Source of the DNA: Podarcis bocagei
Lineage: Eukaryota
DNA length: 64,000 bases
Reading direction: 5' to 3' (one strand)
Assembly: GCA_964188305.1 (NCBI GenBank)
Contig: OZ076885.1
Shown here: one piece after another, positions 1-46,593 of the stretch
How the letters are laid out: every line of letters starts with the position of its first letter
Numbering within the stretch: position 1 is the stretch's first letter
Translations under genes and position numbers: made by a program
The notes under the pieces: model-generated
Database searches by the model: none
What the model was told of the DNA's origin: nothing
What the model saw: the letters and a program-made list of their open reading frames with translations, nothing else

Positions 1-94
1 GAACAATAAAATGTAAAAAAGATTTAAACCTTTGAAAATGTAATATGGAAATACGTTACCCAAATTTAGATGCGAGTTGTGTGAGGAGTTTGCA

Positions 95-97
<3 letters not shown>

Positions 98-137
<40 letters not shown>
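98..137. repeat. (AAT)n microsatellite
   Basis: direct reading. Confidence 0.95.
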
Positions 138-138
<1 letters not shown>

Positions 139-224
139 CCCTCATACTGACTTACCTTATAGAGATATAAGGATCAATGAAAGTATATGTAACAGTTTGA
201 ACACTTGAAAGTGCAACATAATAA

Positions 225-35355
<35,131 letters not shown>

Positions 35356-35837
35356 GAGACATGGAGACCTTCCAAAGAGGACACTACTGAAGAGGCATCA
35401 GTGCCCCACAATTGCAAAGAGACATTCTCCAGTGTCCAGCATGCTTCGAGAAATGGTGCTGATAAAAACAGACAACAATCCACCTGACTGACTAGAGTCT
35501 ATCAGAAGGATGGAGCACTGCAAATGTATTGAGTCTAGTCACATTACTGCAGTATCAGATATCCTACATCTGTTTCCCACTCACTGCCAGATGCTGAAAC
35601 ACATGGAAAGGAAGAAGTGAGTTTTGGCTCAGTGTACAGTTTCCCAATAAGATCCTGAATTTGTAATCAAGAGATGTTATTTCTGACCTAGTGCTGTACA
35701 TTGCTGTGTTTACTTTCAGCATGAATGTTTAAGTACTGGGGATTGACTCTCACTCAAATAGAAGACTCCTTATTTTATTACTGAAATGAAAGCCACCTTG
35801 CAGCTCTTAAACTATAATATTTTTTTAAATGGGTGAA

Positions 35838-36134
35838 AATAAAATAGAAAATAAAAGGGATAAACCAGCAAAAGGTTTATCTAGTTCACAAAAAAGTCCC
35901 AAGAATTAAGTTTGTTCCTAGGACCTGCAGAATTCTATTGGTTTTAAGGCTTGGGTTGTAATCATGTCTGGTGAATGCTAGTAGACATGCGTGAGCCCAT
36001 TCTTCAAGGCTGATTTAGTGTTTTTGTATCACAAGCATTAAATTAGTTCTGTGAGCAGAATAACATTTGCTCACATTGTGAGTGCCTTGCCCACAACCTA
36101 AAAGTCTAACTCTGGTTTTTGCCTTGTGAATAAA
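35838..36134 (+). terminator. Candidate proximal EML5 polyadenylation signals
   Basis: AATAAA at 35838, 35850 and 36129, 0.5-0.8 kb after the stop. Confidence 0.4.
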
Positions 36135-38314
36135 AGTGTTCTCAATGAAAGATAAATCGCTGTGTTTGCTTGCAGAGCTGTGCTGGAAATGAGGACCAGG
36201 CTACTCATGTTAATGTTTATACATTTATGAATCTGTGGGGTGCCATTAGATGCAATAGGATTTATTAATTGCATTTTCACAGCATTGCTTAGAGAATTCA
36301 AAGTGAATAGATAATTCAGATATATTTTACCAATTATTATTATTTTGCACAGAGTAAGACTCGTTGAATCTCTTGCTCTCCAGCTAATAATCTTACAGGT
36401 AGTCCATTCATTCATGCATACAGGCACCCACAGATTCCACCTCAGAAGGCACATGAGGGATCATTTTTTCTCAAAGCAACCCCGTGTCAAAATCGTATCT
36501 ACACAGGGAAAAATTACACGCAAGTTGGCAAGTTAGATTTTTGAAATGCAAGTGCCTGTATGTTTGAAATGGTTCTAACAACCAAATGTAAGCATCAAAA
36601 TAAGCATACATTCTGAATACACTGGTTTGTGCTTCTTAGTACAGGTATATACATGAGAATTGCAGGTGACAAATGAATCACTTCTGTGACATTTGTGTCC
36701 CTGGCACATTCCACTGCATGCAGAGTCTTGGCACCCCTCTTTTACTTCCCTCAGTGATTAGTACTGAGAAGCATCCTGACTCCTGTGTGAAACATTTTAG
36801 ATCTAATTTGAGGCCAGGCACGCCCATTCCCTGTTTCTCTGAACAATGAGAATTCCGCATCCCAGCAATCATGCAGCCTTCTGCTGGGTTCAGGTTATCT
36901 AAATCAGGGCAATGTGTATATCCTGTGCATTGTGGGACATCAATATAATGAGTTGCAAAAATAGAATTAACTCTGCCCAATGCAACATTCACAAAATTAT
37001 GTTCTAGTTTTCCGCGAACCAAAATGTGAACATCAGATTTACCCCAAAGCATGCTTGAAAGTGGATGGGGAGGGGGAAATCCATCTTTTGACATAACTAT
37101 GCTGATTTACCATTCAGCAGAGTGTTTAACTTATTTGGGGGTAACTAAACAACATAAAATTGTCTTGAGTATTGTCTAGAATTATTTTTCCATGTACAGT
37201 AATTATACACGGCAATCCAGGAAATGTAACATCTTTTTTTAAAGCCAGTTTGATTACATATCATGTCAGAACTCTCTTCTCATAACCAAATACATGATAA
37301 CACCCATAACCCATGTTTTGAAGTTGGCTTATTTAAACCATGTTTTGGGGGGGTTGGACAAAATGATGAGCTGCAGTTAATTTAAAAAAAAACAACAAAG
37401 AGAAGTGAAAGCTTTCAAATTCCACCTCCCAGCTATGAAGGAAGAGGAAGAAGGAGGGGGAAGTGCGCAAGCCAGAGGCTCACTGCAGCATTGTGAAAAA
37501 CCTCTGGCTTTTTGCTTCCCAGCATCCACATTCATACAATGTGGATAAACATGTGAGCATGCTAAACCTACTATGCACTCACCAATCACTGTGATACAAG
37601 CAAACCAAATTCTTCTCCTGGTTATGTTACTTTAGACCTTATAGAACAAGCCCCCAAATTCCATTATCATTCGCCATATTGGCTGGGGTTGATGGAGTTG
37701 GAGTCTAACAACCTCTGGAGGCCTCCAGGTCTACCAGCCACCCTCTACCAGATGCCTTGGCTTTGCACTTTTAACACCTCATAAATTAGAAGGGATTTAA
37801 CGAGAGACCATATTTGGATGGACTAATTAGGGTTTATCTGCATGCTTACCCAGCCAATGTTATTTTCCATGGTGGAGGGAAGAGCACGTGTCATATTTCC
37901 ACTATTTGCATACAATGTTGTAACACAGGTGCTTAAACAAGTGTTTATTTCTTCTCCATCAAGAGAAGATCATATGAGTTGGGCCTGCACTACATTTTGT
38001 TTCATGAGCATGGTGGAGGGATATGTAAATAACTGTTGTATCAAAGGCGTTCAGCAAGCTGAAAGCTCAGATAGAAATAATCGCAAATGTGTCAGTTTAT
38101 TTTGAAAACATGAACTGTTGATACCACTCTCCATGTATAAGCATTTGCATAATATAGAGACTATGGTGAAATGTTCTGGAAGCCAAGCTAATTGAACAGT
38201 TACAAAAATGAGTCCCCTTTTCCAAGCAGGCATTTCAAAAACCACAAAATACGGAATATGTGTGAATGATGGTTCTATATTATGTAAGAACAAATATTAG
38301 GCACCCAAGCAACA

Positions 38315-39690
38315 ACTTGTTATTAAAATTTCTATCCCACACTTCCTCAATAAGGAGCCCAGGGCAGCAAACTTAATACATCTTAATACTATGAAAAAGC
38401 AAATTCAAACATATTCAAACATTAAAAACAATAACAAGATCCAACAACATTTTGAAACGTCTAAAAGCATTTTAAAACAATCACATGCACAGCTTGTAGT
38501 TATAAGGCTGTCCGGAACAGTACCTTTCAGCTGTCAAATGCCTGGGTGAACAGGAATGTATTTAGGTTCCTCCTGAACGTTAATAATGAGAGAGACAGAT
38601 GCATCTCACGGGGGGGGGGGGGCATTCCACAAACAAGAAACCACCAAAGTTACTTCATAGGTTAAGGCTAACTGGGCAGCAGCTCGCAGCAGCAGCAGTA
38701 CCAACAGTACCCCTCCTGCTGATCATAGGGCCTGTGGGAATGGAGTCAGAGAGTCAGATGGCTGCCTCCCCTGTGCTATTTTGTTACCTGCACAGGTGAG
38801 GTCACGTCCACCTCTGGTCACATGTAGAGGAAGCCCAGGAGGAAACAGGAAGTTCCAACTGGCTGGTCCAGACATCCCCTTTTTATGTCCACTCTAGGAA
38901 TGTTGTATTTGATTGCTCTGTATTTCACACCCCACAGGGTCCTGTGTGGTTGTTACTTGAGGAGGTGTTCTTTTGGGTACTGTTCAGAGTTTTGTGCTAG
39001 CACTAGCACCTTGCATTGAGCCTAGTAGCTCTGACAGCCTGAGCACTGCTTTCAGGACCGGTGACACATGGTCCCATCCAACCTAGCAGCCATTCTGCAC
39101 TAGCTGCAGCCTCAGATGATCTTCAAGGGCAGCCCCATGTATAGTGCATTACTGTAGTTCAGGCAGGAGGTCACCAGAGCATGGTCAACTGAGGTCAGGC
39201 TATGCAGTGCTGGAACAGCTAAGCAGAGCATAAGCACTCATAGCCATGGAAAACTCTTGAGAGGTTAGCAATGGCAGACTAGGGAAACCATGCTCCAGAT
39301 TCATGGATGACAGCTCCAAACCATGTCATAAAGATGTTAAATAGTGCAGGAGACAGCATAGCCCCTTTCAGCACCCCACAGAACAAAAGCCGTGAGGTTG
39401 AGCAATAGTCTCTGCCAATAGGGGTGAAACCACCATAATATGGTGCCTCCAACTCATGCTTCTGAGGCATTCCAGAAGGACACCATGGTCAATGGTGTCA
39501 AAAGCCATTGAGAGATCAAGCAAAATGAATAGGGGCACAGTCCCTATAGGACAATCAAGACTGTTTCAGTGCAAAAACAGGGCCTGAAACAAGACTGAAA
39601 TGGGCATATATAACCTGCTTCCTCCAGGCATATCTGCAGCCAGTCAACTACTAACCTCCTGATCACCTTGCCCAGAAAGGAAATGGCTCC
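38315..39690 (-). mobile_element. Decayed L2/CR1-clade LINE fragment; boundaries approximate
   Basis: RT-like remnants (GAMLSPALFNIFM; an LLDLSMAFDTIDH-like stretch near 39490-39520); many stops. Confidence 0.65.
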
Positions 39691-39859
39691 ATCTTTATTA
39701 CAGCAGTAAATAGTAATGTATAAATTGCATACTCTGTGAATACATCCATTTCAGTGGGTCTTCTGGTAAGGGGCACATGGCACAGGCAGTTAGTGACTGT
39801 GCCATGTGCCAGCCCTCCTTCAAGCCTGGGAAATTGTGGTTGTCCTATCAGCAGACTTT

Positions 39860-41335
39860 GGGTCTGCAGCTGCTATTGTTGAATGCCAAGCCAGCTTTGA
39901 ATAACACCTCTCTCAACCATGATTTGATTGTGGATGAGGAGGCTGATCTGGTCTGTTACAGATCAGGATGGGTAAGCAGGATGGGGTTGGTCTGTACCAG
40001 ATCCAGGAGCTCTTGGAGGAAACTGATTTTCTAGATCTATTTCAATCAGTGTTTAGGCCTGGTTTTCGCACAGAAACTGCTTTGGCCACGTTGTATGATG
40101 GAAGCGAGGAATCACTGTTGGAAAAGAGACAGGGGAAATGTGTCCTTGTCAATTCTCAACCTCTCAGAGGCTTTTGATACCATTGGACATGATATCCTTC
40201 TGGAGCAACTGTCCAAGCTAGGAGTGGGTGGCGCCGCTTTGTGGTGGTTCTGGTCTTACTTGGATGGACTTTTCCACCGGGTGATGCTTGGGGACTGCTC
40301 ATTTGCCCTGTGGCGCCTCAGGGTACAATTTTATCTCCAATGCTGTTTAACATCTACACAAAACCTCTGAGTGGGGTTATCCAGCCTTTTGCAGTGCATT
40401 ATCAGCAATATGCTGATGACACATAGCTCTACCTCTCCTTTATGGTGTGACAGATTGGACCATTGTTTTATCTCAGTAATGGACTGGATGAGAACCAATA
40501 AACTGAAGCTCAATCCAGACAAGACTGAAACACTCTTAGTGGGCGGTTTGCTAAACCAGATGGCTGTGAGGTTGCTTGCTCTTCATGGGGTTACACACTC
40601 TCTGAAGGAGCGGGTATGTAGCTTGGGGATACTTCTAGATCTTTTGCTGTCACTTGAGGCTAAGGTGGCTTAGCCTTTGGCTGGGGGCCTAGCTGCACTC
40701 CTGGACAGTGATGGCCTAACCTATGTCATCTATGCTGTGGTAACCTCTAGGTTAGATTACTGCAATGTGTTATGGGGCTGCCTCTGAAGGCAGTTCAGAA
40801 ACTTCAGCTGGTACAGAATTCAAGGCCAGGTTGCTCATCAGCGAAAGGTGGTTTGAGCTTATTACACTGTTCCTGGCCCAACTGCACTAGCTGCCAATTA
40901 GCTTTTGGGCCCAATTCAAAGTGCTGGTTATAGCTCAGGACCGCTATAGCTCAAGGACCATCTCTGTCCATATGAACCTACCGAGATCCTCATCTGATAC
41001 GCTTCGTCGTGTGCCTCCTCCTCGAGAGGTCCAGAGGTTGGCAATACAAGAACAGGCCTTTTCTGCAGTGGCTCCCCATTTGTGGAATGCCCTCCCCAGG
41101 AAGGCTCACCCAGCCCCTGCATTACATTATCTTTAGGCGCCAAGTGAAAATGTTTCTCTATAACCAGGCCTTGGGCTGATTAACATTCTATGGACTTTTA
41201 AAGGTCTTTGTGGGTGGGTGGGGGTTTATTGGTTTGTTTTTATTATGCATTTTGTGTTCTCATTTTGTATTTTTATGTTGTGAACCATCCTGCGATCGCT
41301 GGGAAAAGGGTGGTATGCAAATTTAATAAATAAAT
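39860..41335 (+). mobile_element. Decayed L2-clade LINE (ORF2 remnants and 3' tail); boundaries approximate
   Basis: Frameshifted RT motifs: FRPGFRTETAL, LNLSEAFDTIGHDILL, PQGTILSPMLFNIY...QQYADDT, WMRTNKLKLNPDKTE; (TAAA)n tail near 41325. Confidence 0.85.
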
Positions 41336-44300
41336 AACAATGAAAAATATTGAGTTTAACTAATTTTGAATACCACCCAAATGCATTTTACAGCACGGCA
41401 ACCTTTGCACATAGTGAAATCTCTGGGCCTCTGGGAAGGAGGGCCCTAATGCCAAGTGCAGTCCACAGACAACACACTTAAAGAGCTCCAAGAATCCAGT
41501 CTGTGGAGTGTAGAGGGTCTGTAACTGGCTGCTGCTCCTTTATACAAAATAGGCAGCTGTCCCTGGACTGGTATCCCCCCTACCCACAAGCAATTTCTAT
41601 CTATTATGGTTGCAAAATGAGAGACAAATTCTAGCATAGTACCAAACCCAGAAGTCCATACAGACTTGTTCTTGCGTAGGTATGCAACTCGGCAGTAGAA
41701 AAACCACATAGGAATGGGAGTGTGTAGGGAGCTGCCGCACAACTTAAGGAGCTCCAGGAGTGAAACAAAAACTTATGAGAAAGACATATCCAGCCAGAGG
41801 CGGACTTTGGTAATCTTTTGTAATATGGCAAGGCCTGTGCGGGGCCAAAATTTAGTGCCTCCAGATGGATCTTCTTAGATTTGTGCCCTCTTGGCTTGGC
41901 GCTCTGTGCGGGGGAACCATCCGCACTGCCTTAAAGCTGGCGCAGCTCTAGCACTGCAAAGTCTACAGGCTGTGGCACACAGCAGCTTTCTGTATTGCAG
42001 ATTCCTAGCCTGTTCCTTCTCAGGTTCCTCCTATCCAGCTCTTTGAAACTCTCTGGCAAATGTTTGTGCCCCCTAGAGACACAAGCCTCACACTTCGAAG
42101 AACCATGAGATTTGGATAACCATTTAGTCTGAGGGGACATTGATTTCATTCATTTGCAAGATATGGGCCCCTAACTAAGACTGTATTTTGCTTTGCATCT
42201 AGTGAAAAGTAGCCATTTTAGAAATTCAATTTTCATGGATTCTCCTAAATCGGAATTACCACAGACCATCCTTTAATAACTCCCTGCCCCCTGAAGAAAA
42301 TATAATTTAGAATAAAAAACACAATTCCATAATTAAGATTTCTCGAGAGTCTGATGTAGAACACTATTTTTTTAAGCAAAATGTGTTGAGTGTAGAATTC
42401 CTATTTCAGGTGCATGAATGTTAGTTTCTAAACTCCAGACTGTATCCTGCTATGGCCATGAAGGCTGGTGAATATTTTGAGAATTCTGTATATTATTATT
42501 TCAACCCCAAACCTAAATGCATGAAATCTTGCACAAACTACATGACTTTGTGGTTCACTTTTTTGAAAAAATCTTGGTGCTTTCAACGCTTTTCCATAAT
42601 GATAAAGCCTGGTTTGTTTTTGTTTTTCATTTTATTGCAAATATTTCATTATGATTGTGCTTTGGAGCCTTGGGGCATCTAAAGTAATTTAAAAGAACAA
42701 TTGTGTGGCTAAATGTAAAGCTTCACCTTGCTGCAGTGTTCTTGAATACAGAACCTTGGCTTAGAAAACATTGATTTATTTGCACACAATATAACATTTT
42801 AGTTGCTTTTTCTTGTAAGTGTGACTCAAGATAATAAGGGCAAAACTATAGACTAGATGATGCTTACTGAAAATTTATAATTGTAGGACTGAACAGACAT
42901 CCTTTTGAACTCATCCAGTGTCTGTCTGTCTCTCTCCCTCTGTGTGTGTGTGTGTGTTTGAAATTAATAGGGAATACAGTTTTAACAGCTGTCACCTGGT
43001 AAAGTGACCTGTGGTCCTAAACCATTTGATAACATTCAATAAATTGGTCCCAAATCATAGGATGTACAAAGGAAGGCAAATTATGTATTTAAATGGACCT
43101 ATACAGTACTCTGTATTTAGAGATCAGCTCTGTGCCACATCTGACCCCCAACAAATCCAGTCCCAACAGCTATGTTTGGCGACCCACAACAGATTTGATA
43201 TACCAAATTTTCTGCTTGCACAGAAAGGCAAAGAACCACGCAAAGTAGAGGAAAGCTGTCAAGCACCTAGCACGTGGGTGGTGCTGGGCTGGATTTGACC
43301 ATCTGTACAGGACTGATACAAAACATGCAAAGTTTGGAAAACTTTGGCATTACAACAAACAAAACATCTGCAGGGTGCATTGCAAGTGGTAACAGAGGAT
43401 GCATTATCCGACCCACTAGGCTGGTGAAACCTAAACTTACCCACTTACTTGACGTCCCTTGTACTACTTATTTTGAAGCAAGCTGCCCTGAAATCAACAG
43501 GACTTGCTTCCAAATAAATGTTTTGGATCTCAGGCTGAGAGGCACCGGAAAGTGTGTTTAGAGGGATTTATTGATGCTTGGTTTGTCTGAAGCCAGATTG
43601 GAGATGTGGGTGGGAATTGGGTCAACAGAACCTTGTTTTCGATTTTGCCAGTGAGCGCTGGCAACTGCAGGTTAAGCTGCACAGTATTAAAGGTCAGCTT
43701 CTGCCACAAAGGGCTTAATATCGCCAGGCTGCTTCCAGCCGTTTTAGGCCACAGCCAAACAGGGCTGGCCCAAGACGTTCTGGCACCTGAGGCGGACCAC
43801 AAAATGGCAGCTCCTTCCCTACCAAGGAAGAAGGGGTGAGAGGAGATCTCTATCGGAAACAAGGGGGAAATAAACATATAAAATGGGATGTGCTGCCTCT
43901 GTGTTTCTGCTGCTTGAAGCAGTCGTCTCTCCTTTTCTCATGTGAGGGCAGCTCCTGGCTAGTTTTGTCCTCAGTGAAACAGGAATAGCTTCCTGCAAAT
44001 TGAAAGTATTTCCAGAAACTAGGTTACAAATAAGTATTTGAATATGTGATTTCCAAAAGCCCTGAAGTATTCATCATTATGAATTGAAAGCAGCTTTTAT
44101 TAACTAGAAATGCCATGCTTTGTCACTGTTCCTATTTTTTTTTAACACAACACACTTTTATGCCCTTCACTGTCTGTTTTACCACATTTCACTGAAATTC
44201 CTGGAACGATTTATTTTCTAGGTCTCCAATATCTCACTCTAACGTGTTTGTCAGATGATCCATTTTGCTTTAACAGCAGCAACAAAATGTTACGTCCAAC

Positions 44301-44597
44301 TATAACCCAAAGGTGTATGTTAACTGTGACCTTTATTACAGTAGCAAATTGTGTTCTCTTTTGGGTTTTCATCATAAAGAGCTAATCCCTGTGATCAAAT
44401 AATCTTAGAATTTGTTATTTAAAAAGTGTATCAGTTAAGCCTCTTTATTTTTGCATAAATCAAGTTTTTTATTTAAAAAAATCTGAAAACAGAGATTTCG
44501 AAATAATTTCCTCGGTTGTTAAATTTCAGAATTCAAGAATATATTGGTCAAACTTGAGTTTAAAATGTGGAGTTAACTTTTGTTTTCCGATATCTAA

Positions 44598-44679
44598 TGT
44601 AAATATTTGTACAGAATATTATCTTTTGTATATTTTTGTGAAAATGTAGTTCCCCAAAAGATACAAAAGATTTAATAAA
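44598..44679 (+). terminator. Candidate distal + strand 3' end (TGTA cluster plus AATAAA)
   Basis: TGTAAATA (44598), TGTACA, TGTATA and TGTAGT, followed by AATAAA at 44674, in AU-rich unique sequence. Confidence 0.45.
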
Positions 44680-44882
44680 AAATACATTTATGTTACTGCT
44701 TAATCTTTTATATTATACCCTAAGGAGCCCAGAAGAACACCCATTTCTGCCATTTAGATTCCAGGATATACCTATGTATAATTATAGTAAAGTACTGTTT
44801 CAAGGAAAACCAGTACTTCAATACACAGACTTATTAGCAGGCCTGCCCATTCTCCTTCGCTCCTGAGACTAGCAATCTAGAC

Positions 44883-45613
44883 CAGTGTTTCCCAACCTTT
44901 TTTGGGCAAAGGCACACTTGTTTGAGGAAAAAAATCTCGCGGCACACCATTACAGCCCCGTGACGTCAGCGCGCAGCATCACGCCGGGACGCACGAAAGT
45001 GAAAGTTTTCAATTTTTTTCCCTCCCCCTTGCCGGGGAACCTCCAAGCTTTGGGGGTGGGGGGGGAGGAGGCAGCAAAGCGAGGGACTGAGGGACGGCGG
45101 CAGCTGAGGCGGCGGCGGCTGTTGTGGTGGTGGCGGCGATAGCGGGCGGAGGAGGGGCAGCGGCGGGGCCGAGGTGGCCGGCGGCGGCGGGGGAGGCGGC
45201 GGCGGGTGGAGCAGGAGGGCGGCCGAGGCCGGTGAGGGAGTAGGGTTGCCCGGGGCTTGAGGAGCCGTCGCCGGGAGTTGCTGCTGCTGTTGTTGCTGCT
45301 GCTGCCTGGACATGCCGGCCTCCTCCTCGTCCGCTGTCTCGCGCTCCTCCCTTTTGCACGCGCTGCCCCGCCGCCGCCCCATTGGCTGGGTCCTGTCAGC
45401 TGATCCTGTGTTATTTCCTGTGTGTGTGTGTGTGTGAGGGGAGAATGGAGAGAGAAACCTCGGCACCACCACCGCGGAGCCGCCCCCGGCTCGACGCGGA
45501 TCCTCGCCGCCGCCGCCTCTCACCGCCCGACTCGCCCGCCTCCCTCCCACGGCACACCAGCCAACTTCTCACGGCACACTAGTGTGCCACGGAACACCGG
45601 TTGGGAAACACTG
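44883..45613 (-). mobile_element. Non-autonomous hAT element with GC-rich gene-like cargo, copy 2 (longer, inverted)
   Basis: 15-bp TIR CAGTGTTTCCCAACC; perfect 8-bp TSD ATCTAGAC (44875-44882 and 45614-45621); interior collinear with 3032-3527. Confidence 0.92.
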
Positions 45614-46348
45614 ATCTAGACTAACAGCAATGAAGGCAACAGATACAATTTAGGCCTTTCCTTAAACAGCATTTAGAAGACAGAATGCTCTTTCCCCCAT
45701 ACAAACTACCTTCCAGGAGTGAATTCTAAAGCAAAGCTGAAGGATTCATCAACAACTTAACAGCTAGCCAGACTGTACCTTAACCAGGTTTACAGTCAAA
45801 CTTTAAAATCTGGTTTCAAATGCTAGCTGTAGCAAGCTTTGACACTAATTTGAATAAACTGGGAGAGGGAAATTCAGTCTGTTGGGATGGGGTGCTGACA
45901 GCTGACCTGCAGTTATATCTCTCCACCAGCCTGATTTCCATTCAAAAGAGTTCTATTTAATTTATTCCATTTATATCTTGCCTTTCTTCCCAGCTGGTCT
46001 CTCATTCAGGCATTGACCAGACCCAGACCTATCATAATCCACATACTTTAGATGTCATTAAATTGGTAACATTTCCCTACTTTTAAGAGCTTGCTTACTA
46101 TTTTCTAGAAAAGAAATTTAAATGGCAAAAAAGGTGAGGTAATCTATACTGAAGATGATGGTTTCTTTAAAGCACATATGAGTTATATTACTTTAACAAC
46201 GATTTCCCAAAACAAACAGTTTCTTTGTAATGCAGTAATTTTCCCCAGTCTTGGAATGGATGCTCCAAAGGAGATTTGTAAAATTGTGCGCAAAAAGGAG
46301 AAACTTACTGGCCCAACGTAAGTAGGACAATAACCGTGCCTTGACATT

Positions 46349-46354
46349 TTTATT
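46349..46354 (-). terminator. Candidate ZC3H14 polyadenylation signal
   Basis: AATAAA on the - strand about 230 nt after the stop, preceded by AU-rich UTR; another at 45961-45966. Confidence 0.45.
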
Positions 46355-46586
46355 AGTGTTAAAGCAAAATCCTCTTCCCTACTGACATTTTTACAGTAAA
46401 AATATGTAAAACCAGTTATTAAATATACAAGTTTTGAAAATTTCACATTTCAAGTAGGCAATCGACTTCATTTTATGAAACAATATAGATTCAAGGCCTG
46501 GCATATACAATAGCTTTTACAGCATCTTGTTCCATCAGTGAGTATCCGCCCATCATTGTACAATGGTGAATTATGGGTTGTGCAAA

Positions 46587-46593
46587 TTATTCA
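46587..46593 (-). CDS. ZC3H14: ZC3H14 last coding segment (S-E-stop)
   Basis: tttttcag|T GAA TAA; gives the recalled ...QTSE* terminus. Confidence 0.85.
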
